A stretch of DNA of 64,000 nucleotides from Candidatus Latescibacterota bacterium (lineage in GTDB: Bacteria; Latescibacterota; UBA2968; UBA8231): the NCBI GenBank assembly GCA_965242865.1, contig CBDETK010000013.1, positions 2,080,001 to 2,144,000 on the forward strand. The letters are read 5' to 3'. The notes beneath the pieces were generated by a model that saw nothing but the letters and a program-made list of their open reading frames with translations, did no database searches and had not been told where the DNA came from. Of the stretch, positions 29,999-39,600 are shown piece by piece (within the stretch, counting starts at the first letter, position 1; each line of letters begins with the position of its first letter). The translations under genes were made by a program, and so were the position numbers.

Positions 29999-31861
29999 GT
30001 GGCGACCATGCAAAGGAGGCACTGGGTGAGACGGGTACTGATGCTAGTCCTGACCGCGCTGGGAATGGCCGAGGCGCGCCAATTTTACCAGCTGGGGGGC
30101 CATGGTGGAAACCCTTGGAGCGAAAGCGGCACCCTGAGTTCTATCGATGTGGCAAAGGTGCCGGGTGCCATCCGCCCGTTCAGTACCGAAAGCGGCGAGA
30201 ACCTAATTGCCTCGATGGGCGAGCGGCAGGGCGACATCACCAGCTTGGTGAGCATTTACACCCTGCCGGCCAATTGGCTGGACGACCGCGTGCGGATCGT
30301 AGATGGCGATTCAACTACGGCTTTTGTGCATCCGCCGCGCATCAATTTTTTTCGCGGCCCTGGGTTCTTCTATACCACGCCGATGTTCTTCGATTTGGGG
30401 GCACCATTCCCCATTGAAGGGATTCGCTTTGCAACCCGCGCCGATCATCCGGGGCACAAGATCCGCCAGTTTAGGCTTTCCATCAACGACGGCAGGGAGG
30501 AGAGCAAAGACGAAAAAGGGAATCTCGTCTGGACCTTGCTTCACGACGAGAAAGACAATTTGAGCCCGGTCGTCGAACTGGCTATCGAACCCCAGATAGC
30601 GCGCCACGTCTATCTCCACCCCTTGGAAGTGGGCGAGACTTGGGAAGTGGCCGAGTTTGAGGTGTACGGTCAGGGGTTCGTTCCCCAAGCCTCATTTCGG
30701 TCCGACCCGATTGATCTGGGCCGAGCATCGAGTTTGGGGCGCATTTGGTGGAACGGTCAACTCGATCCAGAAGCGAAAATAGTCATCCAGAGCCGCAGCG
30801 GCCGCGATGACCAGCCCGAGATTTACTGGCGCAAGACCGGGGTGGGCGGAGAGGAAGTGCCATTCGGAGCCAATGGCCGCCCCATGAGCCGCCAATCCTA
30901 TGAAGCCATGCCCCAGAACGTGCAGGGGCGCATTACCCAGGATCTGGAAAACTGGAGCGTATGGCACACCTATGAATATGCGGACGGCCTCGCCGGCAAC
31001 CGCATGCTCTCGCCCAGCCCCCGGCAGTACGTGCAGCTACACATCGCTTTTTTTTCGGCCCGATTAGAGGGGGGACAGATCGACTCCCTGTTTTTTGAAT
31101 TTTCCCAACCCCCGGTCGTCTCCGCGGCGATTGGCGAGATTTACCCTCCCTTTGTCGAGTCGGCCGACCCGGTTCGGTTCACCTATGCGGTGCGGACGCG
31201 ACTGGAGGCAGAGCAATCGGGTTTTAATGTGCTCGAGGTGCGGACTCCCGCTCGTCTAGAGGCCATCCACGAAGTGCGGATCGACCGCGAAGTGGTCCAT
31301 TTTACCCCGAGTTTCGATCCGGCGGCTCCCCACCAGTTCGCAGTCCAATTTGATCGCATTGACCAAGATCAGACGCTGCTAGAAGTCGATTTCGACGCCC
31401 GCGTCTTAAACTATGGAACGACTTTCAGCGGCGCCGTGTCGGATGCAGACCGCGATGAAGTCCCCCAGAGCGTGATTCCCGGAGATGCGATGAGTGAGTT
31501 GTTGAGCGATGCTTTGGACGTCCGCACACCGCTCAAGGGCCGCCTGCTCAGCGCCGTGCAGGTGGTTCCCAACCCGTTTTCACCCAATGGAGACGGCGTC
31601 AACGACCAAGTGCAGTTCTCCTATACCTTACTCCGTCTGACCGATGGCGTACCTCTTGAGACGGAAATCTACACGCTGGCGGGAAACCGAGTGCGCCTCT
31701 TGGACGCCGGGGAGAGGGGGAGCGCGCTTTATCAAGTTACTTGGGACGGTCGGGATGACCGAGGCGAATTGGTGGCCCCAGGGCTATACATCTACCGCGT
31801 GGTGGTAGAAGCGGGCAGGGGTTGGGAGGAGCGACTGGGGCCGGTCGCTCTGGCGTACTGA
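29999..31861 (+). CDS. Secreted FlgD-Ig/CHU_C-tailed protein, module B
   Basis: Signal peptide. Motifs EFEVYGQGF, IQSRSG, SPSPRQYVQ, GEIYP. Tail PNPFSPNGDGVND...WDGRDDRGELVAPGLY...VALAY. Confidence 0.8.
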   Translation: MATMQRRHWVRRVLMLVLTALGMAEARQFYQLGGHGGNPWSESGTLSSIDVAKVPGAIRPFSTESGENLIASMGERQGDITSLVSIYTLPANWLDDRVRIVDGDSTTAFVHPPRINFFRGPGFFYTTPMFFDLGAPFPIEGIRFATRADHPGHKIRQFRLSINDGREESKDEKGNLVWTLLHDEKDNLSPVVELAIEPQIARHVYLHPLEVGETWEVAEFEVYGQGFVPQASFRSDPIDLGRASSLGRIWWNGQLDPEAKIVIQSRSGRDDQPEIYWRKTGVGGEEVPFGANGRPMSRQSYEAMPQNVQGRITQDLENWSVWHTYEYADGLAGNRMLSPSPRQYVQLHIAFFSARLEGGQIDSLFFEFSQPPVVSAAIGEIYPPFVESADPVRFTYAVRTRLEAEQSGFNVLEVRTPARLEAIHEVRIDREVVHFTPSFDPAAPHQFAVQFDRIDQDQTLLEVDFDARVLNYGTTFSGAVSDADRDEVPQSVIPGDAMSELLSDALDVRTPLKGRLLSAVQVVPNPFSPNGDGVNDQVQFSYTLLRLTDGVPLETEIYTLAGNRVRLLDAGERGSALYQVTWDGRDDRGELVAPGLYIYRVVVEAGRGWEERLGPVALAY

Positions 31862-31868
31862 TAAAAAC

Positions 31869-33605
31869 ATGCGACCCAGAAAACCATGGACTCGGCGAGG
31901 ATGCGAGCTAGCCCTCTTATGGAGTCTCGCGGCGTGTTCGCCGGGTGTGGAGGTCGTCCTCGAACCCGGTGTGGTGGCGCGCATTGATTCCACTTCCATC
32001 TCGGCCGCCGAGCTGCGCGATTTCGTCGTCCAGATGCCCCGGTCCTTGCGCCTCCAAGGACCGGGCGACCCCGCGCGACAGCACTACCTGCGCAGCATGC
32101 TGGCCAAATACTTGCTCGTGCTGGAGGCCAAAGAGCGAGGATTGGATACCGCTCAGGTGGTACAGACGAAGGTGATGCACCACTGGCGTCAGCACTTGGT
32201 CGCCACCTATCGCCAGCTCGCACTGGCACCCAAGGTGCAGGTTTCCGCGGAGGAGATCCGCGCCTATTTCGCCCACAGCGGCCTAGACCGCAAGCGCCAG
32301 ATGGCGGGCATTCTGGTGGAAAAGGATAGCACCGCACAGCAAATACATGAGGAGCTCGAAGCGGGTGGGGATTTTGCCCAACTGGCCGCCGAATACACCA
32401 TTGACGAACGGTCGGCGGCCCAAGGGGGGGTGCTGGGATTTATCGATCTGAAGCAGGCCCGCAGGTTGCAGATTCCAGACGAGGTGTTTCGCAGTCTGCC
32501 GAGTGGACAGCCATCCCCGGTCCTGCCCATGGGCACGCGCTACCAAATCGTGCGCTTCCTCCAAGACCAGCCCGTTCCGCTAGCGGAAAAACGACCGCAG
32601 ATTCGCGAGATACTCTACGAACGCAAGCGACTAGAGCAGGAGAACGCGGAGATCGCGACCCTCGTCCGCAAGCTAGATGTGCAGCTAGTGCCAGAGGGAT
32701 TAGAGCTTCTACTGCATAAAGCGGCCCTCCACACCCGGGTGCGCCTCGCCCATCTGGCCGCCGAGGAGGTGGGCCAGCCCCTCTTTACCTATAAGGGGGG
32801 GCAAATCTCGCTGGGCGATTACCTCAATGCCCTGTGGAAGGATCTGCGGGCCTTGTCCGGCTGGGGGGTACGGGACAGTGCCGAGGTGGTTGACACAGCG
32901 AGGGAGCTAATTTTGATACCGGCTTTGTTGGCAGAGGCGGCGCAGCGGGCCGGGTTCGCGGAGATGGTAGATGGACGACAGCGCTTGCAGGAAATACGCA
33001 CGGAATTTCTGATTAAACAGTTGCGCGAGGAAGCGGTCATCGACCAATCCGAGGCGAGCCAAGAGGAAGCGAGGGATTTTTACGATAACAATGAAGAATT
33101 GTTCCGGGAACCGGCCCAATACATCGTCGTTGAAGTGCTGGTCGAGACCGAGGCGGAAGCCGCCGGTTTGCTGCGGGCCATAGAACGAGGGGCATCCTTG
33201 GGAACGCTTGCCCAAAAGCACACCATCCGCTCAGGTATGGAGCAAGAAGAGGGCTTGCTGCATCTAGGCGAGTACGAGCGTTTGACCCTGCCGCGGCTCT
33301 TCAAAGCAGTAAAGGCGGCCGAGCTCGGCAAAATCACCGGGCCAGAGCCTGTTGAAGGCGGGTACAGCATTTTCAGCGTTCTCAACCGCCAAGGGGGAGA
33401 AGTAGCCCCCTTTTTTCAAGTCGAGAACAAGGCGCGGGCTTTGGTGCGCGGACAGAAGCGAGAACAATTGTTTGAAGAACTGATAGACGACCTGCTAGAC
33501 AAGTACAAAGACCGGATCGCGGTGTCTGACAGCGCGTTGGCCGCGGCTCTACCCGATTCGTTCCTACAGCACCACGCAGGGGAAGCCCCAACCAAAGGCG
33601 AATAG
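31869..33605 (+). CDS. Tandem parvulin-type PPIase lipoprotein, module B
   Basis: Lipobox LAAC. FAQLAAEYTIDERSAAQGGVLG and a second rotamase-like unit GKITGPEPVEGGYSIF. Paralogous to 5293-6933. Confidence 0.82.
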   Translation: MRPRKPWTRRGCELALLWSLAACSPGVEVVLEPGVVARIDSTSISAAELRDFVVQMPRSLRLQGPGDPARQHYLRSMLAKYLLVLEAKERGLDTAQVVQTKVMHHWRQHLVATYRQLALAPKVQVSAEEIRAYFAHSGLDRKRQMAGILVEKDSTAQQIHEELEAGGDFAQLAAEYTIDERSAAQGGVLGFIDLKQARRLQIPDEVFRSLPSGQPSPVLPMGTRYQIVRFLQDQPVPLAEKRPQIREILYERKRLEQENAEIATLVRKLDVQLVPEGLELLLHKAALHTRVRLAHLAAEEVGQPLFTYKGGQISLGDYLNALWKDLRALSGWGVRDSAEVVDTARELILIPALLAEAAQRAGFAEMVDGRQRLQEIRTEFLIKQLREEAVIDQSEASQEEARDFYDNNEELFREPAQYIVVEVLVETEAEAAGLLRAIERGASLGTLAQKHTIRSGMEQEEGLLHLGEYERLTLPRLFKAVKAAELGKITGPEPVEGGYSIFSVLNRQGGEVAPFFQVENKARALVRGQKREQLFEELIDDLLDKYKDRIAVSDSALAAALPDSFLQHHAGEAPTKGE

Positions 33606-33608
33606 GGT

Positions 33609-36281
33609 ATGAAACACCGCTTACCTGTGCAGCACTCGACAGACGCGAGGCGATCGGCGTTTTGTCTCCTCGCCCTTCTTCTCTTTACGGCTCTAAACGG
33701 GGTATCGGCCCAGTCAAGGGGGTACAGTGTGGGCGCGGATCGGGTCGAGGTGCGGACTCAGGCGCACTGGCAGGCTTGGGATTTTCCGGCAGATATGGTG
33801 ACCATAACGCCGTCTGGCTCGGTGCAGTCCAGATTCGTACAAGTGCCGCACAACGCCATATTAAATGCGGCCGACTTTAGCTATCCCATTGATGGCAGCC
33901 TGCGAGATCAGTACGCCAATTCGTTTCAAGACGAAAACAATACTCTGCTGGCCCGCGGCGGCATCAAAAGGGCGGGTTCAAATCCGCAGTTAGCGGAGCG
34001 GGTCCTTGACGCGGATCCAACGACCGCTTGGGAGCCGGACCCGGCCGATCCCCTGCGGGACTGGGTACTGGAGATCGACCTGGGCCGTCTGGTGTCGGCC
34101 ACCAAGGTCGTCGTGCGCTTTGCCGAAGCAGGGGATCCGTTCCTGCAATTCAGGGTGCATTCGGCCGGCGGGCAAAACCCCTTTGGCACGGCGGACCGCA
34201 GTGGCGCCCTGGACTACACCTTGGTCGGCAGCACCACTCAGCCCAATCGCGACCAGCGGGTCTTTGAGTTTGACCTCGCGCCCCTGGGCACCCATACAGA
34301 AGAGTGGAGCGGCCGCATTATGCAGTATCTGCGCATCGCGGTCACAGCCACCAATGGCGAGCGGGCCCAACAGCTCTCGGCCGAGGAGTATCAAGCGCTG
34401 GCCGCAGAGAACCAAGGCGCGGTGGAATACGTCTGGAAAATCGCCGGCGAAGAGCGGCTAGTACCGGCCGAGCGCTACGACCAGTTGTCAGTTGAGCAGC
34501 AGGGTGGGGTGCGCTATTATCGCCGCGAACGGCCGCAACTCGCCGAGGTGGAGGTCTGGACTGTGGGTGAGAACATTGCCTTGGGGATCATAGAGCGCGG
34601 CGGTAGCTTACACGATGTCAATCCCAATTCTTCGCCCGAACTTGCCGTCGATGGCAACGTGCGCACTGAGTGGCAGGGCATGGTCTATTTTCCCACCGGG
34701 GAGACCGCCGAGTGGGGGTTGTTGAACGTGGATCTGGGCTCCCACTTCTTAGTCCATGCGGTGCGCATCATTACCCGCGTTGGCGGCAGAAACCTGATTG
34801 GTTATCTATTGCGCGGTTCGGACGGTTTGCTGGCCCCCGATGGCAGTTTGATCTGGGAGGAATTGAGTGGTGAGACTCGGCAGTTAAACCAGAACACGCG
34901 GCTATTCGAGGATCACTTCGCACCGCGCCCGATGCGCTTTTTAGAATTCCGCAACCTAGATATTGCCCGCCGCACGAGGGCCCATGAAGGGCACCGGATC
35001 CTGAGCACAGTGACCGAAATCCAAGTCTTCGCCCATGGGCACTTGCCCATACTAAAGATGACTTCCGATCTCATCGATCTAGGGAGTTCCAAGACGCTAA
35101 CGACCATCGACTGGGAAGCGGACACTCCTCCGGGCACGGCCGTAGAAATCCGCACTCGCACGGGCAATGATCTGCGCGAAGTAAACCGCTATTTCAAAAA
35201 AGACGGTACGGAAGTAGCCAACAAAGAAGAATACGAGGAGCAGCCGTCTTTCTACCGGGGGGAGATCCTCACCGAGTTCCTGCCGGGACCGGGCTGGAGC
35301 AACTGGAGTCAAGTGTACGTCAAACCGGGCGAAGTCGTAAGTTCCCCCAATCCCCGGCGCTATCTGATGCTCCAGACGAGACTGCTCAGTGAAGACGCGG
35401 CGGTCGCCGCCAGCCTAGAGTCGATCCAGCTCCATTTCACAGCACCGCTGGTAGAGCACCTCGCTGGAGAAATAGAGCCCAAGCGGAATGTCCCCAGCGG
35501 CGAACTCACCGATTTCAACCTCTTCATCCGCCCCTCCTTTGCTGCTCAGAACCCAGGATTCGACCTCATTCGGTTCATCGCGCCTTCGCGGGCGAATATC
35601 GAACTGCGCCACGTGAGTTTGGGAGCCGAAAGCGAGTTTGCCGCCGGCGACGAGAAAATATTCGCCGAAGTGGCAAAGGGCCGTTTTGAGAATGGGGCCG
35701 GGGAGGAACTGGCGTTGACTAAGGTGGCAATTGACACGCTGCAACTGGGCCTGCCCAGGATACTGAGACGAGGCCGTGCGGATATTGTGCGGCTCTCTTT
35801 TTCGTCGCGTGTCTTCCTGAGCGGTGCCACTTTTGCCGCCGAAGTTGGGCTCTCGACGCAAGCGGACAACTGGCAGCGGGTGGATCCAGCGGATCCGGTA
35901 GGCGATGAATGGGCCGTTGGTGAGGGGTTGACAGTATTGACGACCGAGCACCCCGATCAGATTGGGATGATCGAGGTAAATCCTGCCACGTTTACCCCAA
36001 ATGGCGATGGCATTAACGACGCGGCGGTCTTTTCATTTGTCGTGCTCAAGGTCAATGTAGCCCGGCGAGTCGTGGTGTATTTATACGACTTGGCGGGCAG
36101 GGAAGTACGGCGTCTTTCTGAGAGGCGCGATATGGCGAATGGGCTGTATCGCGTTGTCTGGGACGGACGGGACGGACGGGAAAATTTAGTACCTCCGGGC
36201 CTGTACCTCGCCCGTATCGAGGTAGATGACGACGCGAGGGATGACAACTCGGCTGCCCGCCTAGTTGGGGTGGCGTATTGA
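33609..36281 (+). CDS. Large secreted discoidin-like, FlgD/CHU_C-tailed protein, module B
   Basis: Paralogous to 7037-10123 (GSNP, WEPD..DPL.DW..E.DLGR, GDPFL.FRV, PNRDQR.F, EIRTR.G). Tail FTPNGDGIND...VGVAY. Confidence 0.8.
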   Translation: MKHRLPVQHSTDARRSAFCLLALLLFTALNGVSAQSRGYSVGADRVEVRTQAHWQAWDFPADMVTITPSGSVQSRFVQVPHNAILNAADFSYPIDGSLRDQYANSFQDENNTLLARGGIKRAGSNPQLAERVLDADPTTAWEPDPADPLRDWVLEIDLGRLVSATKVVVRFAEAGDPFLQFRVHSAGGQNPFGTADRSGALDYTLVGSTTQPNRDQRVFEFDLAPLGTHTEEWSGRIMQYLRIAVTATNGERAQQLSAEEYQALAAENQGAVEYVWKIAGEERLVPAERYDQLSVEQQGGVRYYRRERPQLAEVEVWTVGENIALGIIERGGSLHDVNPNSSPELAVDGNVRTEWQGMVYFPTGETAEWGLLNVDLGSHFLVHAVRIITRVGGRNLIGYLLRGSDGLLAPDGSLIWEELSGETRQLNQNTRLFEDHFAPRPMRFLEFRNLDIARRTRAHEGHRILSTVTEIQVFAHGHLPILKMTSDLIDLGSSKTLTTIDWEADTPPGTAVEIRTRTGNDLREVNRYFKKDGTEVANKEEYEEQPSFYRGEILTEFLPGPGWSNWSQVYVKPGEVVSSPNPRRYLMLQTRLLSEDAAVAASLESIQLHFTAPLVEHLAGEIEPKRNVPSGELTDFNLFIRPSFAAQNPGFDLIRFIAPSRANIELRHVSLGAESEFAAGDEKIFAEVAKGRFENGAGEELALTKVAIDTLQLGLPRILRRGRADIVRLSFSSRVFLSGATFAAEVGLSTQADNWQRVDPADPVGDEWAVGEGLTVLTTEHPDQIGMIEVNPATFTPNGDGINDAAVFSFVVLKVNVARRVVVYLYDLAGREVRRLSERRDMANGLYRVVWDGRDGRENLVPPGLYLARIEVDDDARDDNSAARLVGVAY

Positions 36282-36354
36282 CTGTCGCGTTGTGTCGGTA
36301 GTCGCTTTAAGGCGGCTTTTACTAGCTCAAAGAAGCCAATCTCCGGCAGGTAAC

Positions 36355-36392
36355 GCGGGAATCCAGGCTTGAATGATGTAGGATTGCTATAT
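36355..36392 (+). repeat. 38-bp dispersed repeat, copy 1 (REP/MITE-like end)
   Basis: GCGGGAATCCAGGCTTGAATGATGTAGGATTGCTATAT matches 43527-43564 at 35 of 38 positions. Confidence 0.8.
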
Positions 36393-36433
36393 AGCAGGGA
36401 AAGCAAACGACGCTGTTCAGCGAAAGGAACCCT

Positions 36434-36646
36434 ATGCCGGCGACACTCTACACAGACGATGGGGCGTATTTCATCCGCTTGGGCAATGGTTTGGTCCTCC
36501 GGTGGTGCCGCGAGGGCGAGGAATGGATCAAGGGGCGTTGCGAGCTGCCGAGCGGGGCTAGGCCGATCGGCTTTACAACCCTGCCGGAGGCCCTGCGCGA
36601 GGAAGTGCTGGCGGTGTTGGCCCGCGCGGCCGCCGTGTCGCGCTAG
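36434..36646 (+). CDS. Small hypothetical protein
   Basis: AAAGGA SD upstream. 70 aa with plausible composition. Its stop overlaps the addA stop. Confidence 0.6.
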   Translation: MPATLYTDDGAYFIRLGNGLVLRWCREGEEWIKGRCELPSGARPIGFTTLPEALREEVLAVLARAAAVSR

Positions 36647-39600
36647 TTTTTAGCCGCCATGAGCTGGGCGACGAGATCGTCGAGACGGGTGCGGACCGCG
36701 GCCAGCTCGGCCGGGGCAAAGCGCGTGCCGTGCTCCTCGTCTGAGTCGACAAAGTACAGGGTAGCGCGGTATTCGCCTTGGCCCGGGTAAAGGCCCTGTA
36801 AGCAGAGGGCGTACAGTTCCAATTGCAGTTGGTAGGATTGGACTGACTCGGCTCGATTCGCCCGGTGGCCGGTCTTGTAGTCGATCAATTCCCACCCCCC
36901 ATCGGCCCCGCGTCCCATGTAATCAACCACTCCGTGTACTAGCCCGTGCGCTAGCGGCAGCGCAAAGCGCACTTCGGTGTGAGCCTCCAGATGGGTGCGC
37001 CAGCGCGCGGCTAAGGGCGATTGGCGGCAGCGGCGCAACAGCCCGGCCAACTCGCGCTCAAACGAAGCGCGATAGGATGCTACGGGCAAAGGGGCGGCTG
37101 CGACGAGGTCCGCGGCGAGGGCGGTGGGATCGGCGTCTGGGCGGTTGTGCAGGGCTTCTAAGCCGGCGTGGGCGAGCTGGCCAAAGAGCATACCGCGGCG
37201 GCGAGGCGCATCCACTTGGCCGAGGGGCCACGCCGGCAGGCCCAGCCCATACTGGCGATGGTGCGCGGCCCGGTCTGCGGCGAAGAGGACCAGCTCGCTG
37301 ACTGCAAATTCGGGCCGGTCTTGGGGGTCGTCGAGCGGCGATAGATCCAACGGCGGCGCGGGGGCTTGCACCAGCGAGGCGTCGAGGGCGCGAAAGGCCG
37401 GCTCGGCCGCGGTCGTCGGCGCGGGAGCCGGAAACGCGCTGGGGTCGGTGTAGATGGGCAAGGGGGCCGGTACGCCGGCAACCTCCTTGGTGCCGCGGGC
37501 GAGGTCCGCCTCGGTCAAGGTCAAACTCCCACAAATCCAACTGAGGCAGTCCTTAGCCGCGCTGAGGTCGGCGGGGAGGTGCTCGTCGGCCAGCGCACCG
37601 CCGAGCAACAGGTGATCGCGGGCGCGGGTGCAAGCCACGTACAGCAGACGCTTCTCTTCGGCGCGCTGGCGGCGGATCGCGTCGCGGTTGACGAGGCTGC
37701 GGATATAGGACGGGGCCATTTTGTACCCCTGCTCGGGGTCGCGCGTACTCAAGCCGAGGCCCTTTTCCGCGTCGAGGAGGACCGGGTCGCTGCTTCCCAA
37801 GTTAAATCGCGCGGCCAAGTCGGGCACGACCGCGATGGGAAACTCCAAGCCCTTGGCCGCATGCACGGTTAGGATGTGCAAGGCGTCCGCTGCGAGGACC
37901 GCTTCGCCCTCTTGCTCTTCTTCGGTCGTCAGCAAGTCGAGCCGAACCACGAAATCGGCGAGGGGGCCGCGGAACTCGCGGGCGAGGTGGAGGAGCTTTT
38001 CGACGTTGGCCACGGCCTGCTCCCCGCGGTCCCCATAGCAGAGAAAACCCCAAGCCCCGGTGTCTTCGAGGATGGCGTGCAGCAGCTCAACGAGGGGTAC
38101 GCGGTCGCGCCGCTCCCTCCAGCGCTGGAGCCGGGCGACCGCGTCCGCCGCAGCCTCTCGATCCGCCGGGGCGAGATGTTGCCGCCGACCAGCGTCCTCG
38201 AGGTGCTCGGCGAGCCGCCCGCCGTGGGGCGCGGTCAGCGCATACAGGGCATTGTCCGAGAGACCGAAGTACGGCGAGCGCAACGCACCCAGCAAGGCGA
38301 TGCTGTCGCCGGGGTTGCACAGGACGCGGAGGATATTGGCGAGGTCGTAGATTTCTTGACGCTGGTAAAAGCCCCGGCCGCCCGCCACTTGGAACGGGAT
38401 GCCGCAGGCCCGCAGCGCGTCTTCGTACGCGGAAAGATTGCGGCGGCGACGCAGGAGCAAGGCGATGTCCCCGGGCACCGGCGGTCGCAAGCCCTCTCCA
38501 TCGGCGACCTGCAAGTCGCTACCTGTCAACAGGTGGCTCAAGCGGCGAGCCACGAGCTCGGCTTCGCACCGAGCCGCTTCGGTTGCATCGCGGCTGTCGT
38601 CGGGCGGCAAGAGCAAAAGCTCAACCGAACCCTCGCTTACCTCGGTGGAGCGGCACCCGACGAGCGGATCGTAGCCCACTTGAAACGGCTCGCCCGGGAC
38701 CGCCTGCATGAACTGGGGAAAGAGCGCGTTGACCAAGGCGACGGGCTGGGCGAGGGTGCGGAAATTTTCGCCCATGACGAGCTCCCCAAGCCGCTGGGCC
38801 GGCGAGGCGTCGAGGATTTCGCCGTCGTCGCAAAAGGGCTGGGCATCGCGCTCGTGCGCGGCATTGGCCTGTGCAATGGCCTCGCGAACGCGGGCAAAGA
38901 CCGCGACGTCGGCTGCGCGGAACGAGTAAATCGACTGCTTGGGGTCGCCGACGATGAAGAGTTTATCGCCGGCCATTGGCCCGTCTGGCGCCACCAGCGA
39001 GCGGATGATTTCCCACTGGACGGGATCGGTGTCTTGGAATTCGTCGATCAGGGCGAAGCGATAGTGTTGGGCCAAGCGGTGGCGGATAGCCGCGTCCGTG
39101 GCGATGAGCTGGCGGCTTTTCTCTAGCAGGTCGTCCATGTCCAGCATCCGGCCGTTGCCCTTGCTACCCTCGCAGCGCGCATCGGCTCGGAGGAAGAGGC
39201 GCGACAGAGCGGGCAGCACGGCCGCGGCGCGCTCGTCGTCGGCCCCGAGTTCGCGGCCGAGGAGATCGACGTGGGGCGCGAGGCAGTGCCCCAAGGCCGG
39301 CACGAGTTCGCGGATGCGGGCCAGCGCGTCCGCGTCCCAATTGGATTTACTGCCCAGTCGGCTGCCGCTCAAGGGTTTGCCACTGGTCAAAAGCCCCGCG
39401 GCGAGGCGCGGGAGGATGGCGACCCCCTCGGCGAGCGGGGGCCTTTGACTCAGCCAGCGCATGTCCTCGCGGAGGGGGTCTAGTCGCTTGACAGCCGAAT
39501 CGCGGGCCTCGGTTTGGGGCGCGATCTCGGCCAACTCCGCGAGCATCGCGGGGAAGTGGGGGTCGGCCAGCAGAGTGTGGTACGCAGGCTCGCAGGCCGC

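Noticed and set aside
36160-36180. GGACGGACGGGACGGACGGG short tandem repeat
   Set aside because: It simply encodes WDGRDGRE of the conserved FlgD tail.
7037-36281. FlgD-like tails as evidence of a flagellar locus
   Set aside because: No flagellar structural genes are present. The FlgD-Ig/CHU_C-type tail is a generic C-terminal domain on secreted proteins.
37876-39126. 416-aa plus-strand ORF, and similar long antisense ORFs (11503-12465, 27718-28653, 48250-49422)
   Set aside because: They are antisense shadows of well-supported genes in high-GC DNA, with no recognisable motifs.
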